DNA of 63,848 bases, filler included, from Octopus bimaculoides (GCF_001194135.2; 6 parts of 6 records of this genome joined end to end with filler, not necessarily neighbours in it), one strand, 5' to 3'; positions 1 through 11,440 are shown, counted from the whole stretch's first letter. Translations and numbers: made by a program. The notes: a model not told the origin generated them from the sequence alone.

Positions 1-60
1 ATGCTTAGCGGTATTTCGTCTGCCGTTACGTTTTGAGTTCAAATTCCGCTGAGGTCGACT
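1..60 (+). mobile_element. SINE family 2 fragment (window edge)
   Basis: ATGCTTAGCGGTATTTCGTCTG...GAGTTCAAATTCCGCTGAGGTCGACT matches the full copy at 29866-30100. Confidence 0.85.
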
Positions 61-116
61 TGGAAGTGGAACTAAATCCGAAAGGTTGTTAAAGTTTAAC
101 AATGGATTATGTTTTA

Positions 117-350
117 TTGGGTTTGTGCATAATTATTGCGGCTTTTTTCAACAAAAACAATAACAATATTAACAAAAACATCTTTAAAAGACGGTCTGAC
201 TGTCTGTCAAGCAAATGAGAAACAGTAATCGAAGTAGATTGTGAATATGCCCCCAGATTAATCATTTAAAGATGTTTTTGTTACATGTTATTGTTTCAGT
301 TGAATAAAATTTGTTGCAAAAAAAGCCGCAATAATTATGCACCAACCCAA
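117..350. mobile_element. Tc1/mariner-type MITE
   Basis: 32-bp TIRs (TTGGGTTTGTGCATAATTATTGCGGCTTTTTT vs its reverse complement, 1 mismatch), TA on both sides (115-116, 351-352), extra internal inverted segment AACAAAAACATCTTTAAA/TTTAAAGATGTTTTTGTT. Confidence 0.9.
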
Positions 351-975
351 TAATATGTTTAAAAAATTCCATTATCTCCTTGATTTCGTTCCATAGTTAA
401 AGGCTATTAAAAGAATTACACTGGAAGAGAATGTCGTGACATGCTCTACAGAATTATGGATACTTAAGCTTCTTGAAATTTGAGTTAATCATATTTTTAT
501 TATACATAAGTAGGATTTATAAACAAAAGAAGCAATATTTTTTTAATGTATTTTTCTACATTGTTAACTTACATAACTTATATAGCCATTTTATTTTAAC
601 TCTCTAAGGGAAGCGAACCAGTAAGTCTTTTATTTATGCTTCCAGCACGACAATAATTGAAAAAGATTAAGGCGGTGAGCTGGCAGAAACGTTAGCAAAA
701 TTGGGGGGGGGGGCAAAATTGGTAAGAAAAACAGGACAGTGAAAACAAACAGGAAGGGCTGCTGAGCCTAAACGAGGTGAGGTGGCGAACGCGGACAAAT
801 ATATATATACATATATTAGAGTTATGACTTTTTGATTTTTTTAGAAGTAACCAATTCTTGTATTAAAAGTCGATGAAGAATTTCATATAAGTAGGGAAAA
901 TAACGTTTATTTTAAGACCTTTTTTAAAAAACGTCATCCCCATCGGAAAAAAATATATAATCATATACAAACGTA

Positions 976-1188
976 GGCGTAGGAGTGGCTATGTGGTAAG
1001 TAGCTTGCTAACCAACCACATGGTTCCGGGTTCAGTCTCACTGCGTGGCACCTTATGCAAGTGTCTTCTACTATAGCCTCGGGCCGACCAAAGCCTTGTG
1101 ACTGAATTTGGTAGACCGAAACTGAAAGAAGCCCGTCGTATATATACATACATACATGCACATATACATACATACATGCATACATACA

Positions 1189-1221
<33 letters not shown>

Positions 1222-1750
1222 CGATTGCTATTCTCCAGCAAATATCGGTACCTTGTTGTACCATTCTTATGAATATATNNNNNNNNNNNNNNNNNNNNNN
1301 NNNNNNNNNNNNNNNNNNNNNNNNNNNNNNNNNNNNNNNNNNNNNNNNNNNNNNNNNNNNNNNNNNNNNNNNNNNNNNNNNNNNNNNNNNNNNNNNNNNN
1401 NNNNNNNNNNNNNNNNNNNNNNNNNNNNNNNNNNNNNNNNNNNNNNNNNNNNNNNNNNNNNNNNNNNNNNNNNNNNNNNNNNNNNNNNNNNNNNNNNNNN
1501 NNNNNNNNNNNNNNNNNNNNNNNNNNNNNNNNNNNNTGTGTATATGTTTGTGTGTCTGTGTTTGTCCCCCCAACATCGCTTGACATCCGATGCTGGTGTG
1601 TCCCCGTAACTTAGCGGTTCGGCAAAAGTAGACCGATAGAATAAGTACTAGGCTTCCAAAGAATAAGTCCTGGGGTCGATTTGCTCGACTAAAGGTGGTG
1701 CTCCAGCATGGCCGCAGTCAAATGACTGAAACAAGTAAAAGAATAAAAAA
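976..1750 (+). mobile_element. SINE family 1, full copy (tRNA-derived head + core, internal microsatellite/gap, conserved tail)
   Basis: A box TGGCTATGTGG, B box GGTTCAGTCTC, core GGCACCTTATGCAAGTG; tail ...GCATGGCCGCAGTCAAATGACTGAAACAAGTAAAAGA. Same halves recur at 12595, 37172, 48503. Confidence 0.9.
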
Positions 1751-2305
1751 GTAAACGGGAGAGAGGAAGAGACAAAGAGAAGTTGAGAGTGAGTGAGCGA
1801 GACTATACGAGACCTCGGTATAAAGTATGTAGATTGTATATACATAGAGTTACATTTCTAACAGACATCTTAATTAGAGAAATAAACGAATAAAGACACA
1901 ATTGGCAAAGTATTCTTGGCTTGAGATTTCGGAAAGCGTGGGGGAAGTATTTGTGGAGAAGGAAGGAAGCTAATTAGGTGTCTAAGTAACCAGTAAATTA
2001 ATTAATTGATTAATTAATTAATTAGTTAATAATCAGTAGTTCTTCCGTTTCGAAATGGGTTCCGTAGATAAAAGAGATGATTGCGTTCAGACACCTCGAG
2101 TATAAGCACAAAAGCGCTCGCGCACAGACAGATACGTGTAAACAAAGGCGCACCTTTCCACTCATACTCCTTAGGTGTACGTGCGTGCGTGTGTGTGTGA
2201 GTTTGTGTGTGTGTGTGTGTGTGTTTGTGTGTCTGTGTTTGTGTGTGTGTGCGTGCGTGTGTTTCGGTGTATGTCTATCTATCTATCCATCTATCTATCT
2301 ATCTG

Positions 2306-2353
<48 letters not shown>

Positions 2354-2489
2354 TATATGTATGTATGCATTTATGTTTATATTAGTAATTATATATAATT
2401 ACTTATATAGTTATTATAAAAAGTAATGGACAACTAAAATCCTGGCTTCACGCATTTTAAAAGCGTGGTTATTTAGTCAACAATACATA

Positions 2490-2662
2490 ATAATCGTATA
2501 GTATTACATAACTTTACATTATTGTACAACCCGCCCTGTTTCCTCCGGTGATATCCGGCCTTTCGCCTGAGGATATCAGATCATGCTACGCTGGTCCTAC
2601 ACAACCTTTCATCATTATTGGTGGTGTAACAGCTATAATATTGACTGTACGGCCCTCATACC
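2490..2662. mobile_element. GC-richer island with compact hairpin, possible non-autonomous DNA element relic
   Basis: TGATATCC(2549-2556)/GGATATCA(2571-2578) perfect 8-bp stem plus inner GGC/GCC; family assignment is only a resemblance from memory. Confidence 0.3.
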
Positions 2663-3519
2663 ACGAAGCAAGAATACAGTATTCTCTCTCTTCCTTACCC
2701 CCCTCTCTCTCTCTTCCTTACCCCCTCTCTTTCTCTCTCTCTCTATATATATATAAATAATATAATATAAATAATATTATATANNNNNNNNNNNNNNNNN
2801 NNNNNNNNNNNNNNNNNNNNNNNNNNNNNNNNNNNNNNNNNNNNNNNNNNNNNNNNNNNNNNNNNNNNNNNNNNNNNNNNNNNNNNNNNNNNNNNNNNNN
2901 NNNNNNNNNNNNNNNNNNNNNNNNNNNNNNNNNNNNNNNNNNNNNNNNNNNNNNNNNNNNNNNNNNNNNNNNNNNNNNNNNNNNNNNNNNNNNNNNNNNN
3001 NNNNNNNNNNNNNNNNNNNNNNNNNNNNNNNNNNNNNNNNNNNNNNNNNNNNNNNNNNNNNNNNNNNNNNNNNNNNNNNNNNNNNNNNNNNNNNNNNNNN
3101 NNNNNNNNNNNNNNNNNNNNNNNNNNNNNNNNNNNNNNNNNNNNNNNNNNNNNNNNNNNNNNNNNNNNNNNNNNNNNNNNNNNNNNNNNNNNNNNNNNNN
3201 NNNNNNNNNNNNNNNNNNNNNNNNNNNNNNNNNNNNNNNNNNNNNNNNNNNNNNNNNNNNNNNNNNNNNNNNNNNNNNNNNNNNNNNNNNNNNNNNNNNN
3301 NNNNNNNNNNNNNNNNNNNNNNNNNNNNNNNNNNNNNNNNNNNNNNNNNNNNNNNNNNNNNNNNNNNNNNNNNNNNNNNNNNNNNNNNNNNNNNNNNNNN
3401 NNNNNNNNNNNNNNNNNNNNNNNNNNNNNNNNNNNNNNNNNNNNNNNNNNNNNNNNNNNNNNNNNNNNNNNNNNNNNNNNNNNNNNNNNNNNNNNNNNNN
3501 NNNNNNNNNNNATATATAT

Positions 3520-3730
3520 ATATATACATGCATATATAGGTTCAGGACGTCACTAACGGTGCAAATAACACACGCACGAGAGACAGATACAAGACGTGGA
3601 GAGTAATTACGGGACAAAAACGAGTGAAATACGTAGACAACAAAAAAAAAAGAAAGAAAGAAAGAAAGAAGGGAAAACAGGACAAGTTAACACAGAAAAA
3701 GGACCCTTCATTAGTTGTCGGCTGTCTATC
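3520..3730 (-). repeat. Dispersed repeat family 4 (unclassified), also at 18065-18180, 22070-22330, 34600-34790, 45690-45890
   Basis: Shared blocks GACGTCCTGTACC..ATATGCATCTATATATACATGTAGATG.AGGTATGTAC and GACAR.CGACARCTRANGARGG across five loci. Confidence 0.7.
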
Positions 3731-3859
3731 TACTCCTCAGATCCTTACTATGATACAACAAACACTTTGGAATTATATTTCCGGTCATATAAATCATTTC
3801 GAATATTATTTTAGCAAGTTTAATGTGATTTCTTTTGTGCCGTAAACCATTTACCATCT

Positions 3860-4170
3860 CTGTAGTGCCCCCACTCTTCCCTCGACGCTCTAAGTGCGTG
3901 CTTAGTTTGCTTAATGGTTAATCCAGCGTTGTATCTACAAATATACTTATGTATACGTGGGTACCATAGTAACGAATATAGTTACGTATATGTGGTTGCC
4001 ATAGTAACGAAGCTAAAGCACGGAGAATGAAGCTGCTGGGCAAAGATTGACCTTGAACTCTGCTATGCATGCGCACTAACTTTTAACGTTCTAGCTCACT
4101 TCTGTTTACAGCAGTGCTTGGAAGGAAGGTGTGTAGCGTGTGATCTTCGCTAACCCTAACCCTAACCCTT
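3860..4170. promoter_or_regulatory. Putative cis-regulatory cluster (2 RFX X-box-like sites, NR5A/ERR-type site, NRF1-like site, 3 TTAGGG units)
   Basis: GGTACCATAGTAAC 3960-3973, GTTGCCATAGTAAC 3995-4008, TGACCTTGA 4048-4056, TGCATGCGCA 4066-4075, (TAACCC)3 4151-4168 in non-repetitive sequence; function inferred from motifs only. Confidence 0.35.
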
Positions 4171-4204
4171 ACAAACACTTACCCATTCCCCACCCCACAC
4201 ACAT

Positions 4205-4350
4205 ACCGGGTTTCTTTCAGTTTCCATCAACCAAATCCACTCACAAGGCTTTGGTCGACTCAGGGTTATAGTAGGAGACATTTATTCAAGGTGGCCTAGT
4301 AGTGAGACTGAACACAGGATCGTGTGGTTGGGAAGTGAACTCCTTACCAC
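4205..4350 (-). mobile_element. SINE family 1 head, diverged
   Basis: TTCTTTCAGTTTCC..ACCAAATCCACTCACAAGGCTTTGGTCG is the reverse complement of the family-1 head. Confidence 0.8.
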
Positions 4351-4424
4351 ACATCCATCCATTCGTACATACATAGATATATACAATTACACTGGAGTGT
4401 GTTAGCCTCCGCATAATAACAATG

Positions 4425-4456
<32 letters not shown>

Positions 4457-4642
4457 TAATAATGATAATTATTATTATTATTACTGTTATTATTATTACT
4501 ATTATTATCATTATTATTATTTTATATATATATATATACATATATAAACATATATGTGTGTGTGACTATGTAGCTATGTTTACAGCTGTTGTGTACAGGT
4601 GTTCTTGTGAATGTGTGAGTCAGTATGAGTGGGCATATATGA

Positions 4643-4681
<39 letters not shown>

Positions 4682-4836
4682 ACGCGCACACGCGTGTGCT
4701 TAACAGAACTGCTAATGTACACAGCAACCCGGATGTGGAATGCTAAAGTAAATGAATAAGAAATTAACCTTTAATTGATAACAGGATGCGTTTGTTTTAT
4801 ATTGGCTGAACTTCCCACTGTTGAAACTTCGCTACG

Positions 4837-4897
<61 letters not shown>

Positions 4898-5259
4898 CAT
4901 CCTCTCTTTACATACATGTATGTATGTATGTATGTATGTATGTATGTATGTATGTATATATATATATATATATANNNNNNNNNNNNNNNNNNNNNNNNNN
5001 NNNNNNNNNNNNNNNNNNNNNNNNNNNNNNNNNNNNNNNNNNNNNNNNNNNNNNNNNNNNNNNNNNNNNNNNNNNNNNNNNNNNNNNNNNNNNNNNNNNN
5101 NNNNNNNNNNNNNNNNNNTATATATATATATATATATATATATATCTTTAGAATAATAAGGTAGTTAGGATGTTGGATGATTATATATATATATATTTTT
5201 TATTTACATTTTATTTACATTTTTTAGCGCTTTCTTCCGTTATCGGATATATGAAAAAG

Positions 5260-5293
<34 letters not shown>

Positions 5294-5479
5294 TACTTAA
5301 ACAAACACGAACACATATATGATCAACTGGAAAATGGATAAATGTAAAGGCAGCTAGAAGAACATACTGACACAACCACACATACAAACACACACACACG
5401 CACTCATATACATGTGCATGTATAGTCTCTTTCCTCCTCCTCCTCCTCCTCCTCATCATCATCATTATCATCATGGGAC

Positions 5480-5740
5480 TGCATGGTATCCTGGCGGAAC
5501 TTTCCACTGGAGTTTCCGAACACGCTCTGTCACGTGCTTTGCCACCCGTGTCACCTTCAATGCCCCTTCTGCTTATATCCGCCAGTCGATCCTTAAGCAA
5601 AATTTCTCTCCCCTCCTCGCCGCCCCACTCGCCCCGTCTAGGTTCCTATTCAAGATTGACCTTGCGAAACACACCCCTCTGGTCTTTCTTTAGTATATAG
5701 TCTACGCATGACCATTTATCTCGCGCTTTTCATTGGCCAA
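5480..5740. promoter_or_regulatory. GC-rich non-repetitive island with promoter-like motifs
   Basis: GGAACTTTCC 5496-5505 and GGAGTTTCC 5509-5517 (kB-like), GTCACGTG 5529-5536, GC-box-like CCGCCCC near 5620, AAGATTGACCTTG 5652-5664 identical to 4043-4055. Confidence 0.3.
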
Positions 5741-5884
5741 CGAATTTTTCTTAGTTTAGTCAGAGAACTCTTCGTTGCTCACATCTGGATATCAAATGTT
5801 TAAGATGTGAGACACCTGTTATAAATGTCTTGGATCTATGTGAGGATATTCACGTTCATTCACTATTACTCGGCACTATATATG

Positions 5885-5957
<73 letters not shown>

Positions 5958-6704
5958 NNNNNNNNNNNNNNNNNNNNNNNNNNNNNNNNNNNNNNNNNNN
6001 NNNNNNNNNNNNNNNNNNNNNNNNNNNNNNNNNNNNNNNNNNNNNNNNNNNNNNNNNNNNNNNNNNNNNNNNNNNNNNNNNNNNNNNNNNNNNNNNNNNN
6101 NNNNNNNNNNNNNNNNNNNNNNNNNNNNNNNNNNNNNNNNNNNNNNNNNNNNNNNNNNNNNNNNNNNNNNNNNNNNNNNNNNNNNNNNNNNNNNNNNNNN
6201 NNNNNNNNNNNNNNNNNNNNNNNNNNNNNNNNNNNNNNNNNNNNNNNNNNNNNNNNNNNNNNNNNNNNNNNNNNNNNNNNNNNNNNNNNNNNNNNNNNNN
6301 NNNNNNNNNNNNNNNNNNNNNNNNNNNNNNNNNNNNNNNNNNNNNNNNNNNNNNNNNNNNNNNNNNNNNNNNNNNNNNNNNNNNNNNNNNNNNNNNNNNN
6401 NNNNNNNNNNNNNNNNNNNNNNNNNNNNNNNNNNNNNNNNNNNNNNNNNNNNNNNNNNNNNNNNNNNNNNNNNNNNNNNNNNNNNNNNNNNNNNNNNNNN
6501 NNNNNNNNNNNNNNNNNNNNNNNNNNNNNNNNNNNNNNNNNNNNNNNNNNNNNNNNNNNNNNNNNNNNNNNNNNNNNNNNNNNNNNNNNNNNNNNNNNNN
6601 NNNNNNNNNNNNNNNNNNNNNNNNNNNNNNNNNNNNNNNNNNNNNNNNNNNNNNNNNNNNNNNNNNNNNNNNNNNNNNNNNNNNNNNNNNNNNNNNNNNN
6701 NNNN

Positions 6705-6772
<68 letters not shown>

Positions 6773-7501
6773 GTACACAATGGCTTATACATAATGATAT
6801 TATATGAATGGTTATGGCACCAGGTATCGATTATCCGAAACAGCTGTAAAGACATAGCTTGGTTGCATCATGTAATTGTATATGCACGTCGTTGCAAAGT
6901 GAACTTCTAAACGACACAGCCATAACTAGATAAACTTTCTTTTAATTTCTGTGGGTGCAAAGAATTTTAGTTTGAATACAACTGATCCCATATGTCCTAA
7001 ATACCAGCGAGGATGGGTCCGAGGAAGATTTGGCAGCTGTTTCTAGTTTGTCGGTTGATCACGTAGATGTTCTCACGTTGATCCCAGATGGACTAGTAGA
7101 CCTGAGAGGCGAGGCTAGTGGCTACAACACGGACACGATGTAGCGTTGATAACAAATTATGTATTGCCGATGTTTTCTATGCTGGCATGTACGCATTCAT
7201 TCATAAGTACAAACGTTTATTGAATGCCTGTCAACACACAGACACGCGCGCGCCATACATTTATATATGTTCACCCATACAAACATGTGTATAATTTTGC
7301 ATGCATATACGTACATACACGCATACATGCAAACACATGTACACACACACAGATATACACATTGTTTTTATATAAGCATACGTGTGTGTATGTATGTACA
7401 CACACGCACATATGTATATATATGTATATATATGTATATATATATATATATATATATNNNNNNNNNNNNNNNNNNNNNNNNNNNNNNNNNNNNNNNNNNN
7501 N

Positions 7502-7513
7502 TTAATTAATTAA
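7502..7513. other. Assembly linker TTAATTAATTAA inside a 100-bp gap (also 17968-17979, 37943-37954, 56930-56941, 61959-61970)
   Basis: Identical 12-mer with stops in all six frames, centred in N runs; 44 N + 12 + 44 N = 100 counted at 7458-7557. Confidence 0.95.
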
Positions 7514-7557
7514 NNNNNNNNNNNNNNNNNNNNNNNNNNNNNNNNNNNNNNNNNNNN

Positions 7558-7599
<42 letters not shown>

Positions 7600-7705
7600 T
7601 GTGTTTGTGTGTGTGTGTGTATATCTGCGTGCGTGTATATCTGTGTAAATGTATACATGCATGCATATATGAATGTATATTGCATACACACACGCATCTT
7701 GTTTT

Positions 7706-7736
<31 letters not shown>

Positions 7737-9815
7737 TATATTTATATATATACAATTGCATATATTCATACACCCATATATGTGTACATGAGAGAGTAAA
7801 TGTTACATGTATTTTTTAAGTAGACAGTTATAGATATATGAGTATAACACATGCAATTGTTTCGGATACATATTCTTTAAGCCAGTGACGAAAGAGGAAT
7901 GAACTAACTCAGAACATTCTAGTTGTGTAATACATACATGTAAGTGTTTGTAAGCATATGTTAGTATTTGCATGTATTATGTAGTTTTTCTGTAATAATA
8001 AAATCAGAAAAGAATTTGTAAAGCAACACTATTAGAGCAGTAACGTAATTCTAATATTTTGGCCATTGATATGCAAAACAATATTTAAGAAGGTGCAAAC
8101 GCAGACACTTCTACATACACATAGACACAAGCACACAGACGCCCGCACATGCGCGTGCGTGCGTGCGCACGCACACACAGNNNNNNNNNNATATATGTGC
8201 ATAAACACACATGCACATATGTATATAAACACACACAGAGATATATATCGTATATATTACACATATTATATATATTACACATACTATATATATTATATAT
8301 ATCATATACGTATATAATATAATATATTGTATATGAGTGGCTACGTGTGTCTCTGTGTATTGTATGTAAATGTGTGTTACGGTATGCATGCATGTATGTA
8401 TGTATGTACGTATGCATGTATGTATGTATGTATGTATGTATATATGTATATATGTATGTATATATCTATATCTATATATCTTTACGTATATATACGTTCC
8501 AAAAGGTTAATATAGTACATACCTTCTGAACAGAGAGTACACATACAAAATATTACAATTTCTTTATTACATTCGTCTCACACACACACACACACATATA
8601 CAAACACACACTTACACAGACGTACATACTTACACGCATTCATACACATATATTGTTGTTTGGCGTTGTTTTTTTTTTAATATCATAAGCGACCTTAACC
8701 AGTAACTCCCCAGCGTATATATGAAACCAACTAATAACAGCAACTATCAGTGCGGAAATTGTAAAACGAAATTAAGATGCAAAATATCGTTATGCCGGTG
8801 TTACTTAAACGTACGTATATCCATCCATCTATATGTATATATATATATATNNNNNNNNNNNNNNNNNNNNNNNNNNNNNNNNNNNNNNNNNNNNNNNNNN
8901 NNNNNNNNNNNNNNNNNNNNNNNNNNNNNNNNNNNNNNNNNNNNNNNNNNNNNNNNNNNNNNNNNNNNNNNNNNNNNNNNNNNNNNNNNNNNNNNNNNNN
9001 NNNNNNNNNNNNNNNNNNNNNNNNNNNNNNNNNNNNNNNNNNNNNNNNNNNNNNNNNNNNNNNNNNNNNNNNNNNNNNNNNNNNNNNNNNNNNNNNNNNN
9101 NNNNNNNNNNNNNNNNNNNNNNNNNNNNNNNNNNNNNNNNNNNNNNNNNNNNNNNNNNNNNNNNNNNNNNNNNNNNNNNNNNNNNNNNNNNNNNNNNNNN
9201 NNNNNNNNNNNNNNNNNNNNNNNNNNNNNNNNNNNNNNNNNNNNNNNNNNNNNNNNNNNNNNNNNNNNNNNNNNNNNNNNNNNNNNNNNNNNNNNNNNNN
9301 NNNNNNNNNNNNNNNNNNNNNNNNNNNNNNNNNNNNNNNNNNNNNNNNNNNNNNNNNNNNNNNNNNNNNNNNNNNNNNNNNNNNNNNNNNNNNNNNNNNN
9401 NNNNNNNNNNNNNNNNNNNNNNNNNNNNNNNNNNNNNNNNNNNNNNNNNNNNNNNNNNNNNNNNNNNNNNNNNNNNNNNNNNNNNNNNNNNNNNNNNNNN
9501 NNNNNNNNNNNNNNNNNNNNNNNNNNNNNNNNNNNNNNNNNNNNNNNNNNNNNNNNNNNNNNNNNNNNNNNNNNNNNNNNNNNNNNNNNNNNNNNNNNNN
9601 NNNNNNNNNNNNNNNNNNNNNNNNNNNNNNNNNNNNNNNNNNNNNNNNNNNNNNNNNNNNNNNNNNNNNNNNNNNNNNNNNNNNNNNNNNNNNNNNNNNN
9701 NNNNNNNNNNNNNNNNNNNNNNNNNNNNNNNATATATATATATATATATACACACATATATATACATATATATTCATATATACATACATACATACACTGA
9801 TCTATATATGTACGT

Positions 9816-10555
9816 ATTTTTGCTCTCTTCTGTTTTGAAGTTTCCCTGTAAAAAAAGGAGCTGGTTTTTAACAAAGATACAAAACGCCGTCTTTGGAATG
9901 TAGAGAACAAACACAAATTCACATTTTTAACTTAAGAATAGTCTTGTATATCTTTACTGTTCCACTTACAAATTGTATTTGTAATGAATGAATTATCCAG
10001 TTGAAATCCTTGTTTTGAAAAACCTAGCTTAACCAGATTGTCACTTAAATCAATAAAACCATGTGAATTTATAATCTGGATATGGAAGCTGTATTTGGAA
10101 GCAGATGTCCGTAGTTATCCTCTTTCTCTTAGATTTTCAAAGATGTTCCCTTCGGCCGAGCAGTTGACCTCCGTGTTGGTACATATACATTTTCTGGTCT
10201 CTCCAAAAACAACAATATACGGCCTTTAATGCTTACAGCTGACAAAAGTTTTGATAGAAATTTTCCACCGATATTCTTTGTGTTGATGTTTGTGTATGTA
10301 TTCAATAACAGGGGGATTCTCTATAATTATTCCAGGATAGTCTTTTCTTTCCAGATAGCATTGTATACTGTTTTAGCGACAAGGTTTTTGGCAGCTGCTA
10401 ATCACATGTGTGATGTCTTCCACAGAAATATGCCATCATCTACATTATCGGTTGCATCTTGGAGACCCAAATGGCTTAATTGTGTCTTTTGTTTACTTGT
10501 TACTTCGTAGCAATCTCCTGTTCTTGGATTGCGAGAACACCACCTTCGAAGTTTG
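9816..10555 (-). mobile_element. Decayed RLE-type (R4-like) non-LTR retrotransposon, 3' fragment (copy A)
   Basis: Hand translation with stops/frameshifts: EGGVLAIQEQEIATK; CCHC knuckle CR*WHISVEDITHVISSC (10391-10444); VAKTVYNAI; KH*RPYIVV (RPD-type endonuclease motif, 10217-10225); YPDYKF; SGTVKIYKTILKLKM* (stop 9919-9921). Confidence 0.85.
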
Positions 10556-10564
10556 ATGTGATGT

Positions 10565-10905
10565 AGCGATCACAAGTCCCAGAGTTAAAAAGTGTGCTTA
10601 TAAACCACGAGGCTCAGGTTCGATAGCGGTACGTGCCATCACGAGCGAATATAATTTTTTGTGATTTTGAGTCGACTACTTCGTTGGTAACGACCCTGGA
10701 AAACTGAATAGAAACCCGCCAGTTGAAAATGAACCTGTAATTCAAAAAGGTGTGGCCCCTTTTAGACTGATTCTACCTGTGAAATATTATAAGGGTATAC
10801 GTCTCAAGAAACTCGACGTCTTACACTTTAATACAATAGAAGTAATTTTAGTTGATCGAAGAACCGAATCCTAATTGTCAAGCGACGGAGACCCATCTCC
10901 ACTCT
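10565..10905 (+). mobile_element. Highly diverged tRNA-headed SINE (family 3-like)
   Basis: B-box-like GGTTCGATAGC, CCTGTAATTCAAA and AAGGGTATACGTCTC blocks and AAGCGACGGAG end resemble family 3. Confidence 0.5.
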
Positions 10906-11044
10906 CTTACCTTCTGAGTGTTCTTAGTGGTCAGTACACGGGCATTTCTCCGACTAAATTTTTTAAGACTGCCCTGTTGACCGCTGTGTAATGACTGAAA
11001 CAAATAAAAAGCAAAAGATAAAATGAAAGCAATATGTTGAAGAT

Positions 11045-11112
11045 AGCGTTAGTTTAAGATCCGAGAAATGGAGCTTCTTAACGTTTCGGAAGTTAGTCAA
11101 TCATCAGAAAGA
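11045..11112 (-). ncRNA. Minimal hammerhead ribozyme relic (Penelope pLTR type)
   Basis: Minus strand TTT-CTGATGA(11107-11101)-13 nt-GAAA(11087-11084)CG...AAACTAA; core intact, stem II and cleavage triplet decayed; same TTT/AAACTAA frame as 41270-41330. Confidence 0.55.
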
Positions 11113-11309
11113 AAATGAGAAACATAAGATGGGGAAAGTGATAACAGAAATAGGGAGTACAGAGAGAAAGAAAGAAAAATTAAAGTAAAAAAGAATCAGA
11201 AAATTATAAGAATAATAATTATAAACATTAAAAATTAAATCAACGTAAAGGAAAGGTTCAGGGAGAAAATGAAGGGTCAGAAACTAAGGGGGGTTGCTGG
11301 TACTTTATT

Positions 11310-11440
11310 ACTTTGTTTTATCGACTCTGAAAGGAAGAAAAGAAAAGTTGACACCGGCGGGATTTGAACTTACAAAAAGCCGGAAGGAATACCGCTTAGC
11401 GTTTCGTTCGACGTGCTAACGATTGTACCAACTCACCTCC
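11310..11440 (-). mobile_element. SINE family 2, diverged
   Basis: GGCGGGATTTGAACT...ATACCGCTTAGCGTTTCG..CGTGCTAACG matches the reverse complement of family 2. Confidence 0.8.

Noticed and set aside
4151-4168. (TAACCC)3 as evidence of a telomere or telomere-healing site
   Set aside because: Only three units in internal unique sequence; kept only as part of the motif cluster.
10133-10510. 126-codon stop-free plus-strand frame with apparent splice acceptors
   Set aside because: It is the antisense of the decayed RLE retrotransposon (CCHC and RPD motifs on the minus strand).
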